Notes: generated by a model from the letters alone, not told the origin. 64,000 nt of DNA from Eledone cirrhosa (GCA_964016885.1 OZ024759.1:7378001-7442000), one strand, 5' to 3'; positions 27,561 to 40,005 are shown, counted from the stretch's first letter. A program made the numbers and translations.

Positions 27561-28598
27561 CATATTGGATGAGCGAGTATCTGACTGATAAAATGACAAG
27601 TCGGTCAATCATATCGGTGGCCTCCCCACAGTCCTGGAGGACAGCAAGGGAGATGTGCATTCCAGCTCGTGAGGCTCACACCTGCGGCTGGCCAGCTCAG
27701 CGCCTATGGTGGTGAGGTAGCCCTAGGTCGAGGACACCAGATGTCTCCACTGTACAACCGCAAACCTGTCAGAGAGCGACCAGTATTTGAGGAGTTTGGC
27801 CTCCTCAGCCCGACGTGCAGCACAACCCGGGTCAGTCGCAGACTGCACCAGGTTGTGACTGGAGAAAGTGTCGGTGCAAGTGGCATCCCAGACGAGGGGT
27901 TTGCTGTTGCGGAACGGGAAGATGGTCATACCATCTGCCTTTTGCTGTCCCCTCGGTCAAGCCCCACCGGCCCGAGCTGGGAAGGGAAGCCTGCAGCGTT
28001 CAAGCCATGATTTATGACCTCGTTGAGGGCAGCATGGCGTGGAAGGCGGCCGGCACTGTGGCGACAGGAAATCGGGTGGAAGTTGACAGAGTCCATGGTG
28101 GATCCACAGTGACATTGGTGTGGCTTGCAGATCCAGAGGCCAAGCTTCAAGGAAACGCAGATGTGCAGGCTATTGTTATCCAGCTGCATGCCAGTGGAGA
28201 AGGGGGGCAAGGCATGGAGCCAGGCACCACTGCGGGGTTTGGAGGGCGCACGAAAACAGGCAAGGAGGTGCTGGTCTAGCTGGCACGTGAGCCTGTCTGA
28301 AGCCAGGCTGCACTGGATGGCATCCCAAATGCTTTGGGGGGACTTGACGTCAGCAGGGCGAGAAGGAGAAGGGACTTCTACTGGGCTAAATCCCAGCCGG
28401 TCCCACGTCTCACAAGCGGCCTCACGTTCTCTGATCACAGAGGGTTCCATTGTGTTTTGGAGAACCCTGCTGACGAAGACACGGCATGAGGTTAACGATG
28501 AAAGAAACGCCGGCAAAGCCAGTAAGATCGGGGACCGGAGGCCAAGGCCGCCATACCTGACAGGTAAAGTGGCCTGTTGCCATCCAATGTTGTCAAAC
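27561..28598 (-). pseudogene. CRE-like non-LTR retrotransposon 3' fragment (zinc knuckle plus restriction-like endonuclease) inserted in a family A SINE
   Basis: SGAWLHALP..LGL..CHCG..H..SC..RHAALN..DRGDSKR-DGMTIFPF..KPLVWDATCTDT..AARRAEEAKLLKY. The SINE halves flank it (27460-27560 and 28599-28710). Confidence 0.8.
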
Positions 28599-28719
28599 CT
28601 TATGGGTTCATTAAAATAAAGTACCAGTAATACACTGGGATGGATTTAATTAACTTTCCCTTTCCCTTCGAATTACTGGCTTTGTTTCAAATGTGGAAAC
28701 ATTATTATTATTATTATAT

Positions 28720-29272
28720 TGTGGTGGATTGGCAGTATCGGTAGAGGGTCGGACGCCATGCTTTGAAGCACGGAGTTACGGCCCTTTCCATTATGAGTTC
28801 AAATCCCGCCAAAAATAAAGTACCAGTAATGTACTGGGTAATTGCTGGCCTTGTGCCAAAGGTAGAAACAATTATTATTATTAGGGCGGTTTACTGGCAG
28901 AATCAGTAGATCATCGGACACCATGCTTTGCAGCATAGAGTTACACCCCTTTATGATCTGAGTTCAAATCCCGCCGAGGTTAACTTTACCTTTCATCCTT
29001 ACGGGGTCGATAAAATAAAGTACCAGTCATGTACTGGGGTCGATTTAATCGACTTTCCCCTCCCCCAAAATTGCTGGCCTTGTGCCTATATAAGAAACCA
29101 TTATTATTATTAGGGCGGTTTACTGGCAGAATCGGTAGATCGTCGGGCACCATACTTTGCAGCATAGAGTTATGGCCCTTTGCAGTCTGAGCTCAAATCC
29201 CGCTGAGGTTAGCTTTGCCTTATATCCTTCAAATTGCTGGCCTTGTGCCTATCGTAGAAATAATAATTATTA
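28720..29272 (+). mobile_element. Tandem cluster of family A SINEs
   Basis: Three head-to-tail copies separated by (ATT)n tails. Confidence 0.85.
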
Positions 29273-29422
29273 TTGAGAGTAGCTAGCATTGTCCAAGTGT
29301 GGGTATACACCTGTAAATCAGAGGAAGACAACTGAGAGAGGACACTTGCACTAGTGGTCAAGGTTACAGTGGCTTATGTGAGCTTTCTCTACAAGTAACC
29401 CAACCCATGTCTTTAACCACGT

Positions 29423-30188
29423 GTTAATGACATAGACATTATTAGAAATATGGTAATGGAAGGGTTAATGACATAGGTAGTGTCTTTCATTAGAAATATG
29501 GTAATGGAAGGGTTAATGACATAGGTAGTGTCTTTCATTAGAAATATGGTAATGAAAGGGTTAATGACATAGGTAGTGTCTTTCATTAGAAATATGGTAA
29601 TGAAAGGGTTAATGACATAGGTAGTGTCTTTCATTAGAAATATGGTAATGAAAGGGTTAATGACATAGGTAGTGTCTTTCATTAGAAATATGGTAATGAA
29701 AAGGTTAATGACATAGACAGTGTCTTTCATTAGAAATAAGGCAATGAAAGGTTTAATGACATAGACAGTGTCTTTCATTAGAAATATGGCAATGAAAGGT
29801 TTAATGACATAGACAGTGTCTTTCATTAGAAATATGGCAATGAAAGGGTTAATGACATAGGTAGTGTCTTTCATTAGAAATATGGTAATGAAAGGGTTAA
29901 TGACATAGGTAGTGTCTTTCATTAGAAATATGGTAATGAAAAGGTTAATGACATAGACAGTGTCTTTCATTAGAAATATGGTAATGAAAGAGTTAATGAC
30001 ATAGACAGTGTCTTTCATTAGATATATGGTAATGAAAGGGTTAATGACATAGGTAGTGTCTTTCATTAGAAATATGGTAATGAAAGGGTTAATGACATAG
30101 ACAGTGTCTTTCATTAGATATATGGTAATGAAAGGGTTAATGACATAGGTAGTGTCTTTCATTAGCTATATGATAATGAAAAGGTTAA
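29423..30188. repeat. 48-bp minisatellite, about 16 copies
   Basis: Unit GACATAGGTAGTGTCTTTCATTAGAAATATGGTAATGAAAGGGTTAAT. Confidence 0.95.
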
Positions 30189-30375
30189 CTCCAATGTTAG
30201 AGTTGGTTGTAAAAGAATGTTTGTATGGGTTTTATCTATGTGTAAAATGTCTGTTAAAAACAATATTTCCTCCTCAAAGACATGATAAAATGGTCTCTGA
30301 AGAGCAAGAGAGAAGAAAATATGAAATTCCTTTGTTTTTATATACATATCTATGTTTTGTTTTTATTATTTTTAC

Positions 30376-30655
30376 GGGCGGTGACTTTGCCTTTCATCCT
30401 TACGGGGTCGATAAAATAAAGTACCAGTAATGCACTGGGTAATTTGCTGGCCTTGTGCCTAAAGTAGAAACAATTATTTTTACGGGCGGTGGAGTGGCAG
30501 TATCAGTAGAGGGTCTGACGCCATGCTTTACGGTCTGAGTTCAAATCCCGCCAAGGTTAACATTGCCTTTCATCCTTACGGGGTCAATAAAATAAAGTAC
30601 CAGTAATACACTGAGATAATTGCTGGCCTTGTGCCTAAAGTAGAAACAATTATTT
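30376..30655 (+). mobile_element. Two family A SINE copies
   Basis: Central GCCTTTCATCCTTACGGGGTC domain occurs twice. Confidence 0.85.
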
Positions 30656-30986
30656 CTACATTGTTTTATCAATTGTGATGGCCGTATTATAGATCTTCTA
30701 TAATTGGTTGTTGTAAATCATGTTGTCGTTGTTGCAGTGGTTGTTATTGTTGTATTTGCTGTAGTAGTGAGAGTGTTGGAGCAGTGGTGGTAGTAGTTGT
30801 AATTGGTAATAGTTGTAGTAATGGTGGTGGTGGAAGTAGTAGTAGTAGTAGCTGATGTTATCCAGTCAATAAAATCTATCACCATAGATTAATAATATTC
30901 AATACATCTCTTTGATTATGGTGGAAAAATTGAACAAGTGTGTGTTTGTTCTTAACTTCGGAACATAAAAAACAAAAGGCACGCAC

Positions 30987-31018
<32 letters not shown>

Positions 31019-31360
31019 GGAGGCACATGGCTTAGTGGTTAGAGCATTGGGCTTGCAATCGAAAGGTTGTGAGTTCAATTCTCAGACCGGGTGATGTGTT
31101 GTTTCCTTGAGCAAGACACTTTATTTCACATTGCTCCAGTTTACTCAGCTGTAGAAATGAGATGATAGGGACTGGAGTACCTATCATTCCACTGTAAAGT
31201 GGTCGTGGAGGTGCCACGGCAAAAAGCACCCTGTACTCACTGTAAATGAGGTTGGTGTTAGGAAGGGCATCCAGCTGTAGAAATCAAGCCAGAATCAGTT
31301 CCCGTCCCACCCTTGCAAGCAGGGAAAAGTGGACGTAAAATGAAATGAAAAATGAAAATG
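31019..31360 (+). mobile_element. Full composite SINE, family B
   Basis: tRNA-like head, CCTTGAGCAAGACACTTT, hairpin, GGTTGGTGTTAGGAAGGGCATCC module, CCCGTCCCACCCTTGCAAGCAGGGAAAAGTGGACGTAAAATG tail. Confidence 0.9.
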
Positions 31361-31781
31361 ATAGTTTCCATTTGTTAATATCGTATCATCATCATCATCA
31401 TCAACGTTTAACGTCCGTGTTCCACGCTTGCATGGGTTTGGACGGGGGTAGTCCCACTTGAGGCAAGAGTGATTGTCTTGCTCGCATAGGACTGTCTGGC
31501 AGGTTTTCTACAGTTGGATGCCCTTCCTAACACCAACCACATTTACAGTGTGGGTCTGGGAGGTTTTTACCGTGTTGCCTACATGGCCACATTACAGCGT
31601 GGACTGTGTGTTTTTTTTGTCGTGACACCTACACGATCTCATTTGTTTCGGCCTGGATGGCGCGGCACCAACATAACTTTACATAGAACGGGGTGGTGTG
31701 GATGGGGTGGGGGTGGTGGTGGTGGGACGGGGTGTATTTTGTTAGAGATGCCTACTGGCTGGAGTAGGTTTTACTATATAT

Positions 31782-33790
31782 TTAGGTAAGGCGGGTCTTC
31801 TCTGTTACTGAGTACCGCCAAAGGTCTCGGTCCAGTGACATTGTCTTGGAGAGGTGTAAGTGTGTGATGTCGGAGTTTATCAGCTCGTCCCAGGTTTTTC
31901 TAGGTCTGCCTATTCCGTGACTACCGTCTATCTTTATTGCCCTGCACTTTGTTATACAGCTATCGACTTTTATGCGCATCACGTGTCCATACCAACGTAG
32001 CCTTCTCTCGAGTAAACAACATCTGATCCCTCTTATCTCTAATTTTTTCCTTAGTTCGTTTATGCTTTGCCGTTCACGTATATTACTGTTACACATCCAG
32101 CGGAGCATGCAAGCTTTGTTCCTCTCTAGTCTGCGTATATCCTCTGCACACAATGCCCAGGTCTCACTGCCATGCAGCATTGCTGTTCGTATGCAGGCAT
32201 CGTACAACCTGCCTTTCATTTTTAGGGAGAACCCTTTAGCAGCTAATAGTGGTATAAGCTCTCTGAACTTTTTCCAACCAGTTCTGACTCTAGCTACAGT
32301 ACTTTCAGAGCACCCTCCCCGACTGCTGATTTTATCGCCCAGGTAACGGAAGCTGTCCACTATTTCTATAGAACACTCTGCGCAATTGAAAGAGCTAGTA
32401 TTTAGTGGGCACTTGCTGCTACTTATTGCACCAGAACACCGGCCACATGTAAAATCTATGTTCTTAGTTAGCTTACCTGTGATCCCACTACATCTTTTAT
32501 GCACCCATACTTTGCATTTAGGACATAAAATGGAGTTTCTACCTACACCTTTCCTATACACCGAGCACGACCATTTCCCAGAAGGGACCGCCGCCTTGTT
32601 TTCTTTCCTACAAACTAGAACTTTGGTCTTAGCCAGGTTAATTTTAAGTCCTTTTGACTCTAGGCCGTGCTTCCATGTTTGGAATTTCTTCTCTAGCTCG
32701 GCCATTGATTCCGCTATGAGTGTCAGGTCGTCTGCGTATAGGAGTTCCCATGGGCAGCCTGTCTTGAACTCCTCTGTTATAGCCTGAAGGGCAATAATAA
32801 ATAGTAGGGGGCTGAGAACAGAGCCCTGATGGATGCCAACTTTTACGCTAAACTCTTCACTATATTCGTTGTTAATTCTAACCTTGCTGACTGTTTCTTT
32901 ATACATGGCTTGTATAGCCCTCACAAGCCATTCGTCAACGCCTAGTTTTCTAAGAGCCCACCAGATAATGGAGCGGGGGACTCTGTCGAAGGCTTTCTCC
33001 AAGTCGACAAAAGCTAAGTAGAGGGGTTTACCTTTAGCTAGGTACTTCTCCTGTAGTTGTCGTACTATGAAAAGAGCGTCTGTGGTACTTTTGCCTGACA
33101 CAAACCCGAACTGCATTTCATCTAGGTCAATTCTCTCTCTGATTAGTTGCGCTATTACTTTTTCCGTGACCTTCATGACCTGGTCGATTAATTTAACGCC
33201 TCTATAGTTACTCCTATCTAGGGCGTCTCCTTTACCCTTATAACAGTTAACGATGATGCTGCTATGCCAGTCCTTCGGAACAACCCCATTCTGTACGACT
33301 TGGTTAACTATGCGGGTGACCATGGTGTGTTCCACCGTGCCAGATGCCTTCAGCATCTCAGCAACTATTTCCGAAGGCCCAGCCGCCTTACCCGTCTTCA
33401 TATCCTTGATTGCCTTACTTATTATACTCCCCTCGACTAACACTGCTGGTCCCTCTATTGGGTCGATATGGGGGAGACTGTCTTTCTCCCATTTATTCTC
33501 CTCATTTAGTAGCCTTTCATAGTGACACTTCCAAGCTACCTTCTTATCAGCGTCGGTGATGGCAAGTGTGCCATCGTCGTTTAGTACACACTTCTCCCCG
33601 ACAATATCACGGTTTTCCTTGACGCATTGCCTAGCAATCCTGAACACCTCACGTTTTTGGTCATCGCGTTGTAGAACATGCTTGAACTTTCTTTCCTCAG
33701 CTTCCCTTCTTGCTAAGTACACTTGTCTCCTAGCTTCCCTCCTGGCCACTTGATAGTCTTCTCCTGCCTACAGGCCTGCTCCAGCCACAG
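31782..33790 (-). pseudogene. 5'-truncated RTE-type LINE with a 655-aa open RT frame
   Basis: Complete RT motifs (KAAGPS, NYRGVKL, QFGF, DLEKAFD, GIHQGSVLSP, YADD, FRYLG) plus PHD-like insert; no APE endonuclease domain remains. Confidence 0.95.
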
Positions 33791-33818
33791 ACTTCGTCTG
33801 TCGCCAACAGCAGGTTTG

Positions 33819-33857
<39 letters not shown>

Positions 33858-34029
33858 GTATTGAAATTTCCGTTGGAAACAGAAAAGGTCATAGAAATGA
33901 AGAGTGCTCTATGTAAGTATCAGAGCAAAATTTTATGTATACGAACGAATGAAGTCGTTTATTTCGTATTCGCCTCATTCGGGAAACCTCTGGTAATGAG
34001 GTAATTATATTGTATTGATTTTTATACAT

Positions 34030-34127
<98 letters not shown>

Positions 34128-34147
34128 TATATATATATATATATATA

Positions 34148-34185
<38 letters not shown>

Positions 34186-34225
34186 TATATATATGAATAT
34201 ATATATATATATATGAATATATATA

Positions 34226-34269
<44 letters not shown>

Positions 34270-34329
34270 TATATATATATATATATATATGAATATATAT
34301 ATATATATATATATATATGAATATATATA

Positions 34330-34381
<52 letters not shown>

Positions 34382-34402
34382 TATATATATATATATATGA
34401 AT

Positions 34403-34436
<34 letters not shown>

Positions 34437-34440
34437 ATAC

Positions 34441-34497
<57 letters not shown>
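34030..34497. repeat. (TA)n with TGAA/TACA interruptions
   Basis: Direct inspection. Confidence 0.95.
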
Positions 34498-34500
<3 letters not shown>

Positions 34501-34630
34501 CAAGCCAGAATCAGTTCCCGTCCCACCCTTGCAAGCAGGGAAAAGTGGACGTAAAATGTGATGATGATGACTTTCCTGATGATTTCCTTCGAATGAAACA
34601 GTTCTAGTCCTGTAGAAGTCATCTCTCTCA

Positions 34631-34670
<40 letters not shown>

Positions 34671-34824
34671 TCATCATCACCGTTTTACGTCCGTTCTTCC
34701 ATGCTGACCATGCCTTGCTCATACAGGAACTCATTTTGGCTTGATTTCTACAACTGGATGCACTTCCTAACACCAACCTCATTTACAGTGAGTGCTGGGT
34801 GCTTTTTTCTGTGGCGCCTACACG

Positions 34825-34877
<53 letters not shown>

Positions 34878-35472
34878 CTCAATAGCACGTCACTACTCAA
34901 TCTAAACTATAATAAAGGAAGGTCTGCGGGATTGCGTACGATTTATTTTTTTTTTATCCCGTTTGTAAAATAAGTTGGATTACTTTAAATAAATAATTGT
35001 TTCTACTTTAGGCACAAGGCCAGCCATAACCAGTGTATTACTGGTACTTTATTTTATCGACCCCGTAAAGATGAAAGGCAAAGTTAACTTCGGCGGGATT
35101 TGAACTCAGATCATAAAGGGACGTAACTCTATGCTTCAAAGCATGGCGCCTGACCCTCTACTGATACTGCCAATCGACGAATATTACATAATTTTTCTAC
35201 TAAATTTTGTGGCTGTTCATTAAATATATTTTGTTTATTTAAAGATTTACTTCTTTAAGATTTCTGAAATGTCAACACTTCCGGTTGGCGATCGCTTAAA
35301 TAAACATTCATATATTTCTGTCACTAATTTTCTCCTAATGCAGTTTATATATAATATCGCCTTATTTAATGTATCATGGATTACATTACTGATTACATAA
35401 GACAGTGTAACGCAGCCTTCGTTCAATTTCTATGTATTATATATTGTCAATTACGATTTTAGTTGATGTATA

Positions 35473-36200
35473 TCTATATATATATATATAACTGAGGATG
35501 TCTGTCTGTGTGTGTGTGATTTTGAATACCTAAAACTCGAGAAGCACCCAACCGACTGTTTTCAAACTTTACACATGTAATATTTATGTTTCAGAGAGTG
35601 TTCTGAGCAAAAACAATTTCAAATTTTCAATGCCCTAGGGACCGCATTAGGCGATTTAGCGATCTCTCTCTATAATTCTTGGTCTTTCTCTTTTTAGATA
35701 GATAAATACATATAACGTCGCGCCCTTATAATATCTGTCTGTATGTCTGTGTGTGTGTCTGTGGCTTTGAATCTCTAAAACTCGAGAAGTACCCAACCAA
35801 TCTTTTTCAAACTTTACATGTGTATTACTTATGTTTCAGAGAGTGTTATGCACATAAAAACTTTTTGATCCCCTAGGGCCCGCATTAGGTGAAAAACTTC
35901 ATTTTTTTTCAGTTTTTTAGGGATTTTTTGAGGCGTTACGTCTAGCCGATTCTCCCGAAATTTCAAAGCATATTATGCACATAAAAAAAAATTATTTTCT
36001 TGATCCCCTAGGGCCCGCATTAGGTGAAAACCTGCATTTTCCCTGCTTCATCGAGGAAAATCTTAAAGATTATCCAGCCATCAGAGTATTCGGTTTATTT
36101 TCTTTACATATTGTCCAGACATGCAGTTTTTCCACGATTAGGTCTGGATACCTCAGTTCCAAAATACCTTATCCCGTGGAACGTCGGGTACCACTGCTAG
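35473..36200 (+). mobile_element. Non-autonomous Helitron
   Basis: A|TCTATATA 5' end; subterminal hairpin CCCGTGGAACGTCGGG; 3' CTAG|T; internal duplication. Confidence 0.85.
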
Positions 36201-36591
36201 TATTATCGTCATGTATATATATTATACCTGCGTATAATATCAATATACACACTACACACGCTAGCAGAAAACCACCCGAAGGGTGTTTTTTTTATGCTAG
36301 TAAACGTAATGAAAACAACAAATCGTCCTCTGCTTAGTTGTACGCCTGGAAACTACGTATTGAGTGCTCACTCTGGTGAACTGACAGTACCTGGACGTTA
36401 CATTCCCTATATAACAGAAAGCACAAACAATAAGGAAGAGTGCAGTAGGAAGTGTTAGTATTAGAGGAATAAACACAACACACAACTATATATTATTAGT
36501 ATGGCGGGGTTTGTTGTTGACATATTTTCCTACACAAATTAGAATGCTTTCATTGTGCTTCTCGGAACTATGCTTGTTAATAAAGGGGATT

Positions 36592-37191
<600 letters not shown>

Positions 37192-37735
37192 TTCAAGAGT
37201 AACCAATCTTAAAGAGAGAGATGGAGATAGTAGAGGAGATATGAGAGGAAAGATTGGTGAGTTAGTTAGAAGCCAAAGCGTAAAGGCATGTGCTCAATGT
37301 GCAATATGCAGTAGAAAGCAGCTAGGTGGCTGGGTTCATGCAGAAGTTAGGTGCGCAGAGCTGGAAATATTCATTAGTTAAGCAAAACAAGACCACAAAT
37401 TTCACAAGGAAGACATTATTAAAAGATTGTCAACATATTTAGTTTGATGTAAGGAATGTAGAGAATAATAATTGTTTCTACTTTAGGCACAAGGCCAGCA
37501 AATACCCAGTGCATTACTGGTACTTTTATTTTATCACCCCGTAAGGATGAAAGGCAAAGTCAACCTCGGCGGGATTTGAACTCAGATCGTAAAGGGACGT
37601 AACTCTATGCTTCAAAGCATGGCATCCGATCCTCTACCGATATTGCCAATCCACCGCCCTTAATAATGTCCGTTTACAATTGTTTTGCTACTCCATAATA
37701 TTTCTGAAATTTCTGGTCTTGTTTTGCTTAACTAA

Positions 37736-37780
<45 letters not shown>

Positions 37781-37841
37781 GAAGTAATTCCGTCGGAAAA
37801 ATCCAGGAAAAAAGAGTGCTCTATGGAGGTAACAGAGCTTA

Positions 37842-38103
37842 ATAGTTATGTAATAAACAACATAAGGCAATTATTCCATTTACCAGTGGTTTCTTAAAAG
37901 CAAAAAAATTTGCTTTCAATCATCAGAATGAAAAAATCCTGGTCTATTTATTGAATTGGATTCTTAAAAAATTCTTTTTAAGAATCCAATTCAATAAATA
38001 GACCAGGATTTTTTCATTCTGATGATTGAAAGCAAAATTTTTTGCTTTTAAGAAACCACTGGTAAATGGAATAATTGCCTTATGTTGTTTATTACATAAC
38101 TAT
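37842..38103. repeat. Near-perfect inverted repeat, 129-bp arms, 4-nt loop (inverted pLTR-like)
   Basis: 37842-37970 versus 37975-38103, about one mismatch; the island is bounded by (TA)n. Confidence 0.95.
38012..38071 (+). ncRNA. Type I hammerhead ribozyme (sense to SMG7)
   Basis: Stem I TTTCATT/AATGGAA; CTGATGA at 38019; 12-bp stem II TTGAAAGCAAAA/TTTTGCTTTTAA; GAAA at 38052; stem III ACCA-C-TGGT; GUA cleavage predicted after 38064. Antisense twin at 37874-37933. Confidence 0.85.
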
Positions 38104-38281
38104 ATATATATATGTATGTGTACCTGTATGCATATGTATATATATATGTATATATATATATATATGTGCATGCTACTGTACGTCTGTATACATATATGTA
38201 TGTACGTATACATGCATACTTACATTTAAGTAAGTGCCATACTAAGAGTGAGAAATGAAATTTCGTTTTCATTTTGTTTCA

Positions 38282-38316
<35 letters not shown>

Positions 38317-38320
<4 letters not shown>

Positions 38321-38560
38321 GGACACTTTCTTGTTTACAAGTGATATTTTAGGCCTCATATCATGTTATTTTATCTGATGAGAACACAATTTTTGTCCCA
38401 GGATGATATTGTTTTCAAAATGCGCATAAAATATATGGAATTTTTTTAACCATCTTTTAATTTCTTTATATATACTGCAGTTCTACCAACTGTTGAGTGC
38501 TTCTTTACTGATATATGCATAGTTTTATTGTTCTACAATATTACTCACCTCCTACATTGT
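38317..38560 (+). mobile_element. Solo pLTR-like island with degenerate hammerhead (38366-38433)
   Basis: TTATTTTAT CTGATGA GAACACAAT...ATTGTTTTC AAAA TGCGC ATAAAATA. Shares CTGTTGAGTGCTTC with the 26705-26920 island. Confidence 0.65.
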
Positions 38561-38763
38561 ATATATATATATCCCTAAGTTAAATCGGGAGTAATCAGTT
38601 AAAAAGGTACTCAATACATTTGTAGTGTAAACATCAATATATAATATAGAAACGGCTTCTATGAGACTAGAACTGTTTAATTCGCGTGAAATCATCGATT
38701 TCATACGAATGAAACAGTTCTAGACTTGTGGAAGCCATTTCTATATTATATATGTATATATAT

Positions 38764-39470
38764 AAATAATAATTGTTTCTACTTTTGGCACAAGGCCAGC
38801 AAATTATCCCAGTGTATTACTGGTACTTTATTTTATCGACCCCGTAAAGATGAAAGGCAAAGTTAACCTCGGCGGGATTTGAACTCAGAATGGCAAGGGC
38901 CGTAACTCTACGCGTCAAAGCATGGCGTCCGACCCTCTACCGACACTGCCAATCTAGTATCCTGAGAGTGTCTACTTTTGGCACAAGGCCAGCGAATACC
39001 CCAGTGCACCACTGGTACTTTATTTTATCGACCTCCTAAGGATGAAAGGCAAAGTTAACCTCGGCTGATTTGAATTCAGAACGCAAAGGGCCATAACTAT
39101 GGTGCAAAACATGGTGTCTGACGCTCTACCGACACTGCCAAACCACCGCCCTATATATATAAATAATAATTATTTCTACTATTGGCACAAGGCCAGCAAA
39201 TACCCAGTGTGTTACTGGTACTTTATTTTATCGACCCCGTACGGATGAAAGGCAAAGTTAACCTCGGCGGGATTTGAACACAGAATGGCAAGGGCCGTAA
39301 CTCTAAGCGTCAAAGCATGGCGTCCGACTCTCTCCCGATACTGCCAAATAATAATAATTGTTTCTACTATTGGCACAAGGCCAGCAATTATCCCAGTATA
39401 TTACTGGTACTTTATTTTATCGACCCCGTAAGGATGAAAGGCAAAGTTAACCTCGGCGGGATTTGAACTC
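38764..39470 (-). mobile_element. Four tandem family A SINEs (other minus copies at 34990-35175 and 37468-37660)
   Basis: Repeated CTGGTACTTTATTTTATCGACCCCGTAAGGATGAAAGGCAAAG. Confidence 0.9.
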
Positions 39471-39803
39471 AACTATATGTGTATATACACAAGAGAGGAG
39501 ACGTGTGAGGGGGGAGATTTATGTCATAATTTGCTGATATAAATATGACGGTTGTCTCCCTTGTATTCTCTCACTGGATTGTTGGAGTGGGAGGTCGTAA
39601 TGTGCTTTGTGGGACTATGTCGACGTATGTGTGTATATAGCTGTAATTTGAAGGGCTAATCACATTCTGTGTCACGCCTAATTTCCTTGACAACTATGTT
39701 ATGGGTACGCATGTTTGTGGAATGCTCAGCCACTAGCACGTATATTTCACGAGGAGGCTGTTCAGTTGATCGAATCAACTGGAATACACGTCTGAGTGCC
39801 TTC

Positions 39804-39845
<42 letters not shown>

Positions 39846-39850
<5 letters not shown>

Positions 39851-39931
39851 GTGGTTACACAACAGTTAGTTCACCTTAGCGAGAACAATTGTTCTCGCTA
39901 AGGTGAACTAACTGTTGTGTAACCACTTCTA
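39846..39931. repeat. Perfect 86-bp palindrome
   Basis: TAGAAGTGG...GAGAACAA|TTGTTCTC...CCACTTCTA with no loop. Confidence 0.97.
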
Positions 39932-40005
39932 CCAAACTCGTCCCATGGACTGAGTGCTCTACCACTACGGATATTACCTTTCAGTTCTCTCTCTCTCTCT
40001 CACTC

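Noticed and set aside
31782-33749. Intact autonomous LINE or domesticated RT gene
   Set aside because: It is 5'-truncated with no endonuclease or real start, and one zinc ligand is mutated (CSVY).
36261-36310. Hairpin CTAGCA...TGCTAG followed by TAAACGTA
   Set aside because: The core is missing; it could be an old pLTR (GAGTGCT nearby) but this cannot be supported.
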